A stretch of DNA of 64,000 nt from Endomicrobiales bacterium (GCA_963794945.1 CAWCFT010000016.1:1-64000), one strand, 5' to 3'; counted from the stretch's first letter, positions 41,924 through 53,878 are shown. Made by a program: numbers and translations. The notes: generated by a model not told the origin, from the sequence alone.

Positions 41924-43240
41924 TCAAAATTCCCATGCTATCTCTTCGTGAATAAGTTTTGTGGATGCGGGCTTTTTCGAAGAAATGCTCAAGGCTCCTG
42001 TAAATATCCTTTTTGCTTCCGCCGCGTTCCTCTCCCCGCTGTGATACATGGTCGCGAGCGGTTCGCCCTTTTCTACTTTATCACCCGTTTTTTTATGCAG
42101 GATAAAACCGGCCGAATGATCAACCCGCTCGTTCTTTGTTTTTCTTCCAGCGCCTATTTCTATAGCGGCCATTCCTATGGCCCTTGTATCAAAGGAGCTC
42201 ACGAATCCAGACTTCACGGCTTTAATGTTTTCCGAACGTTTAGCTTTGGGAAGCACTTTGTCCGGGTCGTCAACAACCTTCGGGTTGCCGCCCTGGTGGC
42301 GTATGATACTCTCAAATTTTCTCAGCGCGCTGCCGTCCGAAAGACGCCGCATGATCCTGAGCCTCGCAGAAGCCAGGGTTCTCTCGGCTTTTCCCATGAC
42401 GATCATCCTCGCAGAAAGCTCTACACATAGCTTTGTAAAATCTTCGGGACCCTGCCCTCTTAAAGTTTCGATGGCCTGTTTTATCTCAAGGGCGTTGCCC
42501 ACGGCGCGGCCGAGAGGCTGGTCCATATTAGTCACAACGGCGCTCATTTTTTTGTCGTAATCCCTGCCTATAGAGACCATGGCCCTGGCAAGCGCCCGGG
42601 CGCTTTTGATATCTTTCATAAAAGCCCCGTTGCCGGCCTTAACGTCTAAGACAATTCCGTCGGAACCCTCCGCGATTTTCTTAGACATTACGCTAGCGGC
42701 TATAAGGGGTATGGAGTCAACAGTTGCTGTGACATCCCTTAAGGCATAAAGCTTTTTATCTGCAGGCGCTACGTCCGCACTCTGGCCTATCATCGCGACG
42801 CCTATATTTTCAAGCTGTTTTTTGTAGCGGCTCTCGGTTAGATCTACGTTAAAGCCCGGTATTGACTCGAGTTTGTCGAGCGTTCCGCCGGTGTGCCCGA
42901 GCGAACGCCCGGACATCATGGGCACGGCTATACCACAGCATGCGCACAGCGGCGCTATAACCAGGGATGTGCCGTCGCCCACACCGCCCGTAGAATGCTT
43001 GTCAATTTTTGGGAGTTTTATCGCGGATAGGTCTATGATCTTGCCCGAAGCGGTCATTGAACCGCACAGCGCCGCTGTTTCCTTACTGTCCATACCGCGT
43101 ATAAAGATCGCCATAAGGAGCGCTGCCATCTGATAATCGGGAACCCTGGCATGCGTGAACTCTTTAATAGCAAACTCTATCTCATCCGCCGAGAGCTTCG
43201 CCCCGTCTCTTTTTTTGCTTATTATTCCGTATATGTTCAT
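41924..43240 (-). CDS. pdp: Pyrimidine-nucleoside/thymidine phosphorylase
   Basis: KKRDG, DKHSTGGVGD, SGRSLGHTGGTLDKLESIPG, LYALRDVT, SKKIAEG. Confidence 0.95.
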   Translation of the reverse strand: MNIYGIISKKRDGAKLSADEIEFAIKEFTHARVPDYQMAALLMAIFIRGMDSKETAALCGSMTASGKIIDLSAIKLPKIDKHSTGGVGDGTSLVIAPLCACCGIAVPMMSGRSLGHTGGTLDKLESIPGFNVDLTESRYKKQLENIGVAMIGQSADVAPADKKLYALRDVTATVDSIPLIAASVMSKKIAEGSDGIVLDVKAGNGAFMKDIKSARALARAMVSIGRDYDKKMSAVVTNMDQPLGRAVGNALEIKQAIETLRGQGPEDFTKLCVELSARMIVMGKAERTLASARLRIMRRLSDGSALRKFESIIRHQGGNPKVVDDPDKVLPKAKRSENIKAVKSGFVSSFDTRAIGMAAIEIGAGRKTKNERVDHSAGFILHKKTGDKVEKGEPLATMYHSGERNAAEAKRIFTGALSISSKKPASTKLIHEEIAWEF

Positions 43241-44057
43241 AGAGTTGAAATGACCCCCGCAATGATATTTCCTATTTTTTCACTTACCGCAGCGCCGGCC
43301 TTAATTACATCTTCATGAAGTAAAGTTTTTTCGCTGCGCGGCAAACAGGGTTTGAAACGTATGATATGCCGAGCACGCACATACCCATCTGCTTGGCTGC
43401 AACAGCTTCCGGAACTACTGACATTCCCACAAGGTCGCCACCCAGTTTCCTGTACGCCCTAATTTCGGCGGAAGTCTCATATGAAGGGCCGCTAACAGCG
43501 GTATACACACCTTCTTTTGTACGGAGCTTTAGTTTAAGAGCGGCGCGGGCTTTCTTTCTAAGTTCCGGGCTGTAGATCTGCCCCATATCCGGGAACCGCT
43601 CGCCGAACTGCGGGTGATGAGCGCCTCTGAGACAGTTCGCACCCATAAGATTTATGTGGTCTTTGAGGAAGACAATATCGTGCAGTTTAAACCCGGGGTT
43701 GAGCGCGCCGCAAGCTGATGTTATTATCAGGTATTTTACCCCAAGCGTTTTCAAGAACCTAACGGGATAAATGACTTCGTCCATGCCGTAGCCCTCGTAA
43801 TAGTGAAACCTTCCCTGCATTACGGCTACAGGCCTGTTCGAGAGGCTTCCCAGTATAAGCCGGCCGGCGTGGCCGGCGACAGTGGACGAGACAAAATTCG
43901 GCAGCTCGTTGTAATTGAACACGGCGTCCTCAACCGAGCTCTCGGCAAGGCCGCCCAACCCGGAACCAAGTATTATTCCGACCTCGGGCAGTATGGCTGT
44001 CCGTCCCCTGACGTAATTTTCAGTCTCTTTGAGTTTTAAAATTATATTAGTTTCCAT
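43237..44057 (-). CDS. punA: Purine nucleoside phosphorylase I (trimeric type); C-terminal frameshift
   Basis: ILGSGLG, STVAGHAG, QGRFHYYEG, GPSYET, VGMSVVPE. The shifted tail LHEDVIKAG... ends at a TGA overlapping the pdp ATG. Confidence 0.92.
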
Positions 44058-44086
44058 AAGATGACCTGCCAATTATTAGTGGCCGC

Positions 44087-45439
44087 CTACTGTGGCGGCT
44101 CCTGCGCTGGCTGAACCTGCTGACCCGGCTGCGGTTTGTCAGCAAAAGAAGTAGTGGCGGATGATTCAGCACCGGAACTATTTGGTGCGCCTGTTTGTAA
44201 GCCTTTCTTGAGCGCGTCTATTTCTGAATTCTTCTTTGCAATCTCAGAGTTTAGCCTGGACTTATCTTCTTCGCTTATGCCTTCCGCTTTAACAGACTGC
44301 TGTAGCTTGATTAATTCGGCTATTTTCTGCCCCATCTCAATTCCAGTCTTAGCCCCAGCCGGAATCTTAAACCCTGCCTGCTCTGCCTGATTAAGTTTAT
44401 CCATCATTTTGGCAGGATCAATAGGGGGTTGTATGTTACCAAGCGCGGCGGCCTTAGCTTTCAAGCCTGCCGCCTTCTTTAGCGCTCTTGCGGCATCTTT
44501 CTCAGCCTTGCTGACCGCATCTGCCAGCCTCTTAGCCTTGAGATTGGGTTTTGGCTTTGGCGTATTAGCCTTGGCCTGCTCTTCCTGCCACTTCAGGTAT
44601 GACTCCTTTGCGAACGCCAGAAAGTCATCAAGGTTGTTGATTTTCTTACTACAACCATTAAACTTCACCAACCCTTGGCCCGACTTGGAGAACTTTATGC
44701 CCTCAGCTATAGTTTTCTTGCCGAAAGAACCATCGCTGGCAGCAAATAGCTTCTTTATAGCTTCAGCTGGGTTAGGGTTTTTCAAGGCTTCTATAAGCTT
44801 ATCCCGCTTTTCAGGGTCTATTTGCAGTTTACTTGAGTCTCCGGCAGGGTGGGGGTCACCGGGTGACCCTACAGCCACATCATCCTTATCTTCTGAATCT
44901 TTATTAAGAAAATCTGCCGTTTTTTTAAGCGGCAATATTCCTTTCTTAGCCGCATCTTGAATTTCAGGCCCGCCAGCCTGTATCAATATATAACACCTGA
45001 CCATAACCCTGTTTACTTTAAGAGTGTCAGCTATTTCATATAAACTCATGCCCTCTTTATAATACTCTCCGCTGATTGAAAAGATTTCAAGCTCTTTAAG
45101 GCTGTTCTGCTCAACATTGTCCAAAACTGAAAGATGCCTACCCATCTTTATGGGGTCCGGCCCAAGGTCAGAAATGGGGATTACCTGCGCGTCAATTGTA
45201 TCTGCCCCCAGCCGCTTATTTGTCTCGCACCTGTGCGCCCCGCGCATAATAGCCAACTTTTTCCCGTTCTGCGGGTCTATCAGGGCAATCGCAGTTTGCT
45301 GGCCGAACTGCTTGAACGATTCCAACAGCCGCTTGACCACTTCCTCATTCAGCCCTGCCCTGCACTGGTATGTCTTATCATCCCAATCAATCGCGTCCAG
45401 CCGAACCTTCACAATCGGATACTTGCCCATGTCAAGCAT
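44087..45439 (-). CDS. ParB/Srx-like N-terminal domain plus HTH and a long Lys/Ala-rich C-terminal region
   Basis: LLESFKQFGQQTAI, MRGAHR (GxxR box), LDNVEQNSL, MSLYEIADTLKVNR (HTH); AGGAGG RBS before ATG 45439. Confidence 0.72.
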   Translation of the reverse strand: MLDMGKYPIVKVRLDAIDWDDKTYQCRAGLNEEVVKRLLESFKQFGQQTAIALIDPQNGKKLAIMRGAHRCETNKRLGADTIDAQVIPISDLGPDPIKMGRHLSVLDNVEQNSLKELEIFSISGEYYKEGMSLYEIADTLKVNRVMVRCYILIQAGGPEIQDAAKKGILPLKKTADFLNKDSEDKDDVAVGSPGDPHPAGDSSKLQIDPEKRDKLIEALKNPNPAEAIKKLFAASDGSFGKKTIAEGIKFSKSGQGLVKFNGCSKKINNLDDFLAFAKESYLKWQEEQAKANTPKPKPNLKAKRLADAVSKAEKDAARALKKAAGLKAKAAALGNIQPPIDPAKMMDKLNQAEQAGFKIPAGAKTGIEMGQKIAELIKLQQSVKAEGISEEDKSRLNSEIAKKNSEIDALKKGLQTGAPNSSGAESSATTSFADKPQPGQQVQPAQEPPQ

Positions 45440-45458
45440 AACACCCCTCCTGTTGCCT

Positions 45459-48185
45459 TTACTTATCAAACAATGGGAGTTCATCGTCACCAGTAAATTC
45501 TTCAAGCCCAAGTTCTTCATGCCTTAATTCATCAAAACTTTCAAAATCGTTTACACTCGAAATTTCTGTTGGACTAAAACCTTTCCTCTCCATTTCTTTA
45601 TCAACAAGAAAGAACGTTGTTATTCCACCTTCTTTTTCCAAAAGTTTTAGCGCTTTCTTTCGGTCATCAATTTGCTTTGACTCGGCAAGGTGCTTGCCTT
45701 TTACATCAACGATAAACCACTGGCCTTGAATGAAAGCAAGGAAATCAGGATAAAATGGTGCTTGCCTTACTTCCACAGGATATTCGATTCTCGGTTCATT
45801 TCGAATCCAAAAACTCTTTTTCTTTTTATCAATAACACATAAACGTTCCAACGCATCTGCAACTAATTTTTCTGGTGGACTATCAAATTTAACATATGGC
45901 TTAATAGCGTGTTGATATCCCTCAACAATAATACCTTTTTGTTGCTGATGCGGGACCATTTCTTGATATGATGGAATAAGATTTATTGCCTTTCCATCAC
46001 GTTTTCGGATGGTTACCTTGCCATCAAGAAAAATATCTTTAATATTCTTTTTCCTAATTGTAAATTTACTCTTAAACATCAAGTTAAAAGATTTTTTACT
46101 ATAAAAATCAATTATGCTCTTCTTCAATGCTTTAAGTGCTTTCTTGTAATCAAGCTTATAAGCCGTATCAACTTGAATGCCAGAATCAATGATTTTCTCA
46201 ATTATATTTTTTGCAGTTCCTATAGAATTATTTCCAATAAAATGGCCCGTATCTTCTATAAAATCCCACGCCCATCTTGATATTTCATCTTTTGTTAATG
46301 TTATTGTTCGACGAGTGGTAATTGGCCTTTCTTTTTGCAATTCAATTTCATCCGTTGTGATCTCTACGTAGTCAACTGCGGCCATTACTTCAGGCTTTAA
46401 CACCTTGTCACCATTCAGCACATGGCATACCTCGTCTATAAACGCTGCAATACTTAATGTCTTGTCTTTCAAGGCATCCTCAAAACTCTCCCCCGTAGCA
46501 ACAGGCTTGATCTGTAAAATCGGTATTTCGTAATTATCTATAATATCTTTATTGACTTTATTTAAGCGGTCTTCTTCTTCGGTTGGAATTTCGATGCTTG
46601 CCTGCGATAGATCAAGCTTTTCTCTTATTTCTTGCACGATTTTATCGAAACGACGCCCCCGCTCGCAAACTATATTCAATATTTCACTCTGTTCCTTCAA
46701 GTCATGTTCCAGAATATCATACTCTCTTTTTTCTTTATAAAGACGCAATCCTCTGCCTATAAGCTGTGCAGCGGCAAGCCCGACTTTCTCGACAGTATCC
46801 CCCAAAACAACAATGGTATAAAAATTGTCGTAGTCCACACCTTCTGTGAATATACGGACCTGATTGACAATTTCCACTTTACTATCTTCAAGCGATTGGT
46901 ACTCCGACCACGTTTCTTCTTCGCTCTTATTTTCGCTGTGAATAGTGAAAACAGAATTAGCAACTCGTTTTAATTTTTTAATTAACTCCGTTTTATTTTT
47001 AGGAATATTTTGTCTAATTATTTTTGCAATATCTGTACCTTCTCTATTCACTTGTTCTAATACATCATCAAGCTCTCCAGTAATAGTATCGGGCCAATTT
47101 TTGAGATAGACATCAATAAAGTCGGCGTGTTTAATCGAGCGGGCCTTGGTAAGCAACATTGATTTTTTAACCGGCGCGTTAACCGCCGCAAGCGCCTCAT
47201 ATTTTAATAGGTGAATCAACATACCCCATATTAATTTCTGCTTATCGGCATCTGTTACCTCGTCGGTTACTTTTTCATCGCTAGTTCCACAACCAACAGC
47301 AAATATTCTCTTTCCATAACCTTCATTAATATATCGCTGCATCGGATATTTGTATAGATTGTTTTGCCCAAAATCCCCACTTTTGATTTTTTCTATCGAA
47401 GTTGCGGTAAATTCCAGCACAACACTAGGCATTAATTCATAAATCGCTTCAGCCGTTTTCTTTTGCTGGTAGTGATGTGCTTCGTCAGAAATTATAACCG
47501 GCCGGCGTTCTCGCAAAAACTCAACAAATGATATGGTATGATTTCCACTTTTATCTCGCCAAACTGATTCTTCAAGTGGTCGTTTTACATAAGGAACACC
47601 TTTCATCGTGTCTTCTTCATCTTTTTGACCAGAAGTACCTTTATCATAAAATTTCTGCATATTAAAAACATAGAATGAAATGTCTTTATCATCCTCATAA
47701 TTGCAGGTTTTATCACGGTATGAATTGCCTGTCACCAAGTTATATGACAAGTTCCAGCCATCACCAAAAATGCTTTTTACCGCACGAGGCGTGAAATTTT
47801 CTATCGTTTTATCAAACAAAATAGTGTTTGGAGTTAAAATCAGAAAATCCTTTTGCCCCTTATGCCACAAATCTAAAATTGCCGCCCCCATAAGCAAAGT
47901 TTTTCCGGAACCAGTCGCCATTTCAAAACCTATCTTGTGCCATTGTACGGATTTACCTTCTTCATTTTTGCTTTCTTGCAAAGTTTTTTGTTTCAGGCTT
48001 CTGCTATCAAAAGCATCTTTGTCAAATAGCTGAAAAACACTCAACGCTTCCATCTGATAAGGACGCAGTGAATACTTTAGTAATTTCTGAATTTTATTAA
48101 AATTCTCAATCGTTTTAGGCGAAGCCATACCTTTTATAATTTTGTATTGTTGATCTTGGCTGACTAAATCGTAAAATGTTTTCAT
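45459..48185 (-). CDS. res: Type III restriction enzyme Res subunit
   Basis: LRPYQ, MATGSGKT, DEAHH, FTAT, QLIGRGLR, C-terminal YPDF...VDVKG PD-(D/E)xK nuclease. Confidence 0.9.
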   Translation of the reverse strand: MKTFYDLVSQDQQYKIIKGMASPKTIENFNKIQKLLKYSLRPYQMEALSVFQLFDKDAFDSRSLKQKTLQESKNEEGKSVQWHKIGFEMATGSGKTLLMGAAILDLWHKGQKDFLILTPNTILFDKTIENFTPRAVKSIFGDGWNLSYNLVTGNSYRDKTCNYEDDKDISFYVFNMQKFYDKGTSGQKDEEDTMKGVPYVKRPLEESVWRDKSGNHTISFVEFLRERRPVIISDEAHHYQQKKTAEAIYELMPSVVLEFTATSIEKIKSGDFGQNNLYKYPMQRYINEGYGKRIFAVGCGTSDEKVTDEVTDADKQKLIWGMLIHLLKYEALAAVNAPVKKSMLLTKARSIKHADFIDVYLKNWPDTITGELDDVLEQVNREGTDIAKIIRQNIPKNKTELIKKLKRVANSVFTIHSENKSEEETWSEYQSLEDSKVEIVNQVRIFTEGVDYDNFYTIVVLGDTVEKVGLAAAQLIGRGLRLYKEKREYDILEHDLKEQSEILNIVCERGRRFDKIVQEIREKLDLSQASIEIPTEEEDRLNKVNKDIIDNYEIPILQIKPVATGESFEDALKDKTLSIAAFIDEVCHVLNGDKVLKPEVMAAVDYVEITTDEIELQKERPITTRRTITLTKDEISRWAWDFIEDTGHFIGNNSIGTAKNIIEKIIDSGIQVDTAYKLDYKKALKALKKSIIDFYSKKSFNLMFKSKFTIRKKNIKDIFLDGKVTIRKRDGKAINLIPSYQEMVPHQQQKGIIVEGYQHAIKPYVKFDSPPEKLVADALERLCVIDKKKKSFWIRNEPRIEYPVEVRQAPFYPDFLAFIQGQWFIVDVKGKHLAESKQIDDRKKALKLLEKEGGITTFFLVDKEMERKGFSPTEISSVNDFESFDELRHEELGLEEFTGDDELPLFDK

Positions 48186-49906
48186 AATAAATTGTATTCC
48201 TTTAGTATGGTGGATGGTATCTTCTTAATAAGCACCCGCTCATCAAGCACTTCCGATGGAACACCAACGGCGACGTTAGTAAAGATTGTTAAATGTTTAA
48301 ATTTCTCTCTTTCCAAGCCAGCAATAATTTTATCGTAGAGTTCTTCATTTAATGTAGCTATATCTCTCGAAGCAAAAGAGATCGCGAAATGATACCTTGC
48401 AGACTGATGTCTACCAAGATATACATTTTCTTTGTCGAGCCATTCGGATTTTTGTGGCCGGTATTGGAAATGCAAAAATATTGCCTCGGACATTTCCGCG
48501 GCTTTCAATTTCCAATTCATATCTTGACCGTTAATTAGACTCTCGCCGAGTTTGTAATATTTGAAACCACTACCACCTTCCCAATTAATATCTTTACTCA
48601 CCCCTGTTTGATCTTCTCCGTTTATCACTTTTTGCAAGCGGGGAACTATCAATTCTTCTGCTTGTCTACCCATTTCCACCATTAACCATTGTCGCCCCAT
48701 TTTATGAGCAACTGCACCAGTGGTTCCTGAACCAGCAAAAGAATCACAAACTATATCACCAACCTCTGTTGATAACTCTAGAACTCTTCTGATAAGTGGC
48801 TCTGGTTTCTTCCCATTTTTAAAAATGACTGCACCCTCTGAAGCAATACCTGTCCAAGAAATATTGGTCCAAACATCGGTAATCACCTCTCCAGGTACAG
48901 TATCGCCATTAATATTGATTAATCTTTTGTCATAAAAAAGTATTTGTTCGCCATTAAGTATGTAGAAGCCTTCAACGTCTTCATTAACATGAACAAACAC
49001 TTTTCCATTATTATTTTTAGATTTTTGAATAGTTGCCGCACGTTTTTTGGCAGCACCACCACCAATGGCGGCAGTACGAAATACTCGATCTGCATTTTTT
49101 ACAGCAAATTGAGATATTTCATAAAGAAAACTATTTCCTAATATTTGCTTTGCCTTTTTAGGATTCTCGTAACCTTGCAGCTTGGCGACAACATCAGCTA
49201 TGTTTTCCCACTGCCATTTTTTATAAGGCAAAGATTTGTCATTCAATACTTTGTTATAAGCAGAATCATAATCTTTCCGTATGTAAACCTTTTTTAACGG
49301 ATAACCTATTTTCTCTTTCGCATATACCAATAAGTAGTTGGCTGTAGAAAATATTTTTCCCCCTGTCGCTTTGAATCCTGATGGATCGTTAGTCGTAATA
49401 CAAATAGTATTGCAATAATTTTTTCTACCAAATATTTCGTCGAGTAAAATTTTAGCGTAGGCCATCTCTGCAGTATCAAGGTGCACAAATATCAAGCCAT
49501 CTGTTCTTAAAAGTTTCCTAAGTAAAAAAAGCCTATCTCTCATCATTGTCAACCATTCCGAGTGTTCAAGATTGTCATCGTATTTTTCAAATGCAGTGCC
49601 CGTGTTAAATGGCGGATCAATATAAATACATTTGACTTTATTTTTTTCTGGTTTTCCTTTAAACATTTCAACTAAACTTCTAAGAACCAAAAGATTATCC
49701 CCTTTTATGAGCATATTATTACTTGTTACATCACCATAGCTTTGTTCAAACCTTAAAATACGCGGCTCGGCAACTCGAATATCATTTTTTGGCACCCAAA
49801 CAGGACGGACGCCCTTTCCTTCTTTCTCATCTATTTCATAGAAGAGAGAAAGGTCTTTATTAATCCAGTCAAGCCTTAGTGAACCTTTGTAACTTTTATT
49901 TACCAC
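48182..49906 (-). CDS. mod: Type III R-M adenine methyltransferase Mod subunit
   Basis: IKGDNL, IYIDPPF (motif IV), KKPEPLI, DSFAGSGTT (motif I); overlaps res by 4 bp. Confidence 0.92.
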   Translation of the reverse strand: MVNKSYKGSLRLDWINKDLSLFYEIDEKEGKGVRPVWVPKNDIRVAEPRILRFEQSYGDVTSNNMLIKGDNLLVLRSLVEMFKGKPEKNKVKCIYIDPPFNTGTAFEKYDDNLEHSEWLTMMRDRLFLLRKLLRTDGLIFVHLDTAEMAYAKILLDEIFGRKNYCNTICITTNDPSGFKATGGKIFSTANYLLVYAKEKIGYPLKKVYIRKDYDSAYNKVLNDKSLPYKKWQWENIADVVAKLQGYENPKKAKQILGNSFLYEISQFAVKNADRVFRTAAIGGGAAKKRAATIQKSKNNNGKVFVHVNEDVEGFYILNGEQILFYDKRLININGDTVPGEVITDVWTNISWTGIASEGAVIFKNGKKPEPLIRRVLELSTEVGDIVCDSFAGSGTTGAVAHKMGRQWLMVEMGRQAEELIVPRLQKVINGEDQTGVSKDINWEGGSGFKYYKLGESLINGQDMNWKLKAAEMSEAIFLHFQYRPQKSEWLDKENVYLGRHQSARYHFAISFASRDIATLNEELYDKIIAGLEREKFKHLTIFTNVAVGVPSEVLDERVLIKKIPSTILKEYNLL

Positions 49907-49977
49907 TGATCTCTTTCCTTATTGAGATTTGTTAATCAGAAACCACACCCGGGATATAGCATCGCTGCGTTACTTAC

Positions 49978-51162
49978 TCACAACAAAACTTCTTTCAGGA
50001 AACTCTTGCCGTTGTTCATTGGTTTTAAATCAAAGGCATCGGCTATTGTTTGGGCGACGTCCGCGAAAGTTTGTCTTATGCCAAGGTCAACACCGCTCTT
50101 CACATTTTTGCCGTAAACAAGCAGCGGCACGTATTCTCTAGTATGGTCCGTGTGTTTTTTGAATGTCGGGTCGCAGCCATGGTCGGCCGTGATAATTAAT
50201 ACATCGTCATCCCGGAGTTTGTCAAGAAGCTCTGGAAGCAAATCATCAAAATCTTTTAACCCTTTCGCATAAGACTTTACATCTCTTCTATGACCCCAGA
50301 GCATGTCAAAATCCACAAGGTTTGTAAATATCAGAGACTTTTTTATGTTGTCTTCCTTAGAAACAAGCCGCAGTGTGGCGTCAAAACACTCGCTGTTACC
50401 ATGGGCGCGAACGCTCGCCGTAATCCCAGCCTTGTTGAAAATATCCTCTATCTTTCCGACCGCCGTAACACTTCCCCCGGCTTCCTTTATCCTGTTGAGT
50501 ATCGTAGGCTTCGGCGGCGTCAGCGCGAAATCGCGCCGGTTCCCGGTCCTTGTGTATTGCCCATTCCCGCCTGTAAAAGGCCTGGCTATGACCCGTCCCA
50601 CGGCGTTTGGGCCTTTTAGCATCCCTCGTGCGTCAACGCATATTTTATAAAGTTTTTCGAGCCCAAACGACCCTTCGTGAGCCGCTATCTGGAAGACTGA
50701 ATCCGCCGATGTGTACACTATCGGATAACCTGTCCGCACATGCTCGTCTCCAAGCCTGTTGATTATCTCAGTGCCGGAAGCCGTAACGTTGCCCAGCATT
50801 TTCGTGCCTATCAGTGTTTCGAATTCAGAGATGACTTCTTTGGGGAATCCATTTGGGTATACAGGGAAAGGTTTGCTTAGCACGGTTCCGGCCATTTCCC
50901 AGTGGCCGGCTGTCGTGTCTTTTGCCGGAGAGGCGCACATCATTTTGCCGTATGCGCCATTTATATCGCCAGTTGTCTCGCGTTTACTAGTTAGCAGATT
51001 ATAAAGGCCTAGCCGCGCGAGGTTGGGCAGATCAAAACCTTTCCCCATGGCGTCAAGAACGTGGCCCAGAGTATCGCTGCCGGCATCGCCGTATTTATCA
51101 GCGTTTGGCAAAGCGCCGATCCCCACACTGTCCAAAACGATGATTATAAAACGGTTTATCAA
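49978..51162 (-). CDS. deoB: Phosphopentomutase
   Basis: [59 protein letters not shown]. Confidence 0.95.
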   Translation of the reverse strand: MINRFIIIVLDSVGIGALPNADKYGDAGSDTLGHVLDAMGKGFDLPNLARLGLYNLLTSKRETTGDINGAYGKMMCASPAKDTTAGHWEMAGTVLSKPFPVYPNGFPKEVISEFETLIGTKMLGNVTASGTEIINRLGDEHVRTGYPIVYTSADSVFQIAAHEGSFGLEKLYKICVDARGMLKGPNAVGRVIARPFTGGNGQYTRTGNRRDFALTPPKPTILNRIKEAGGSVTAVGKIEDIFNKAGITASVRAHGNSECFDATLRLVSKEDNIKKSLIFTNLVDFDMLWGHRRDVKSYAKGLKDFDDLLPELLDKLRDDDVLIITADHGCDPTFKKHTDHTREYVPLLVYGKNVKSGVDLGIRQTFADVAQTIADAFDLKPMNNGKSFLKEVLL

Positions 51163-51176
51163 TGAGAATCCTCATT

Positions 51177-52849
51177 CTACTTAACGAACAGATCTATGAT
51201 CTTGAATTCCTTAACATTAACAAGCCCCTTATCGGTGAGTTTGATCTCGGGTATGACCGGAAGAGCAAGGAACGATAGCTGCATGAACGGGTCGGGTATA
51301 TGCACCCCCAGCTGTGAGCTTAGCTTAATTAGCAGATCGAGCGACCTCGCGACATGTTCCAGCGTTCTGATCGGACATCAGGCCCGCGGTCGGAAGAGGC
51401 GGCTCTGCCCAGTACCCTTGATCCGTTAGAAACAGCGAGCCCTCCGCCCATCTTTATGACCTCAACAACCGCCGTGAATATACTTTCATCATCTGCGCCT
51501 ACGGCTATTATATTATGCGAATCGTGCGCTACGGACGAAGCGATGGCCCCTTTCTTGAGGCCGAATCCCCTGACGAAGCCCTTTCCTATCTGCCCTGACG
51601 CGAGATGCCGTTCCACTACCACGAGCTTTAGTACGTCTCTTGAGGTATCGGAAACCGCTTTACCGTTGAGAGTTTTCACCGGAGCGGTTGACATTCTTGT
51701 AACTATCTGACCGGGCACAAGGTCTATAACATTTATCTCGCGGCCCTTGGCAGGTATGGAAAGGTCTTTTTGCTCCAGCCACTTTACGTTGACCGAACTT
51801 CTTATAGGTATTTTATGCGGTTTAATAGGCCTTACCGAAGAACCTTCTTTGGCGACAAGCTCACCCTTCTTGAATACCATCTCGACGTTAAAATCTTTCA
51901 GGTTGTCAATGACAGCTATATCGGCCTCATAGCCCGGCGCCACCGCGCCAAGGTTCTTAAGGCCAAAACACTCGGCCGGATTTAGTGTTACGGCCCTTAC
52001 GGCATCGACTACAGGCACACCCCACCTGATAGCCTTTCTCACGAGGATATCGAGATGGCCCTTGAGCAGATCGTTAGGGTGCGTATCGTCAGTAACAAAT
52101 ATTATTCTGCGGTTATTGGCTGTACTGCAGAGCGGAAGGAGGTCGATGAGGTTCTTTGTCGCACTACCCTCCCTCATCATAATATACATGCCTTTGCGGA
52201 GTTTTTCCTTCGCCTCGGCCAGGTTGGTGCTCTCGTGTTCTGAGGCTATGCCGCTCGCGATATAAAAATCGAGGTCTTTGCCCTTTAGGCCCGGCGCATG
52301 GCCGTCCACATGTTTTGAGCTGGCCATACTTATCTTCTGCAATACATCTGGGTCAGAAGAGAGCACCCCCGGGAAATTCATCATCTCGCCAAGCCCCACG
52401 ACCCAGTGGCCGCTTAGGAACGGGTAGAGGTCGAAAGAAGAAAGCCGGGCTCCTGAAGTTTCAAGGATAGACGACGGTACGCAGGATGGAAGCGTAAGAA
52501 AAAGGTTTATCGGCTGGTACTTCGCGGACTCCAGCATCCACTTGATGCCATCCAGGCCCAGGACATTCGCGATCTCGTGCGGGTCGGCGACTACGGATGT
52601 GGTGCCCGATTTTGATACAGCTCTCGCGAATTCTGATACCCCCACGAGCGAGCTCTCTATGTGAATGTGCCCCTCGATGAACCCGGGAGTTATATACTTT
52701 CCGCTTATGTTGATCCGTTTCTTAGCCGGGTATTCTCCAAGGCCAACGATCTTTTCGCCCTGGATAGCCACGCTCTCAGGATATATCTCCCCGGAGAAAA
52801 CGTTTATTAGTTTTCCACCGGTAAGCAGGATATCAACGGTTTGTTTCAT
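51177..52849 (-). CDS. ade: Adenine deaminase; C-terminal frameshift near 51395
   Basis: GHIHIESS, DPHEIANV, EMMN, DGHAP, REGSA, SSVAHDSHN. The shifted tail contains SFLALPVIPEIKLTDKGL and ends at TAG 51177. Confidence 0.93.
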
Positions 52850-52850
52850 T

Positions 52851-53804
52851 TTATCTCTTTTTACGTTTAAGTACTTTTTCGGCTGCGGACACGATATCAA
52901 CATCCTTTAGGTGATAGAGTTTCATAAGGTCAGACGGTGATCCGGATTCGCCGAAGACATCATTTATTCCGACCATCTCAACCGGAACGGGGCACTTCTT
53001 GACCAGCACTTCGCTTACCGCGGAACCGAATCCGCCAAAAAGCTGGTGCTCTTCGGCCGTGACTATCGCGCCGCACTGCTCGGCCGCCTCGGTTATGGTT
53101 TTTTCATCTATGGGTTTGACCGTGTGAAGGTTAATTACCCTAGCTGAAACACCTGATTTTTCCAAAATTTCAGCCGCCATTAGAGCTTCGTAGACCATTG
53201 CTCCGCAGGCAATTATCGCAACGTCCTTGCCGCCCTTTAACACCTCGGCTCTTCCGATCTCGAAAGGAGAATCGGCTTTTGTATGCATAGGGACATTCTC
53301 TCTTCCGAACCTTATGAAAACTGGCCCATTTATCGCGGCGGAAGCTATAGTCGCTTTCTTGGTCTCTTCGTAGTCGCAAGGAACTATAACGGTCATGTTC
53401 GGCAGGCAGCGCATTATAGAGATCTCCTCAAGCGCCTGGTGCGTGGCCCCGTCCGGGCCTACCAGCACTCCGGCGTGAGATCCGCCTATCTTGACATTGA
53501 GGTTAGAGTAGCAGACGGTGTTCCGTATCTGTTCCCACGGGCGGCCTGCTGCGAACATGGAATATGTGGAAGCGTATGGTATCCAACCCGCGACGGCAAG
53601 CCCCGCGGCCATGCCTATGAGGTTTTGTTCAGCGACTCCTACATTAGCAAACCGCTCCGGGAATCTCTCTTGGAACATATTGATCGCGACCGACGAAGCC
53701 GTGTCTGCTCCCAGAACGAATATCTTAGAATTTTTCTCCCCTAGCGCCACAAGCCCTTCGCCGAAACCGTAGCGCGTAGCCTTCTTTCCAAAAACTTCTA
53801 CCAT
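52851..53804 (-). CDS. tkt: Transketolase, C-terminal subunit
   Basis: VGVAEQN, GPDGATHQ, HTVKPID, TAEEH. Confidence 0.93.
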   Translation of the reverse strand: MVEVFGKKATRYGFGEGLVALGEKNSKIFVLGADTASSVAINMFQERFPERFANVGVAEQNLIGMAAGLAVAGWIPYASTYSMFAAGRPWEQIRNTVCYSNLNVKIGGSHAGVLVGPDGATHQALEEISIMRCLPNMTVIVPCDYEETKKATIASAAINGPVFIRFGRENVPMHTKADSPFEIGRAEVLKGGKDVAIIACGAMVYEALMAAEILEKSGVSARVINLHTVKPIDEKTITEAAEQCGAIVTAEEHQLFGGFGSAVSEVLVKKCPVPVEMVGINDVFGESGSPSDLMKLYHLKDVDIVSAAEKVLKRKKR

Positions 53805-53878
53805 GATTTTATTCCTTTCAATCAAATATCAAATACCAAAGGTTAAAATTTTTGATTTTTGATTCTTGATTATTGAAT

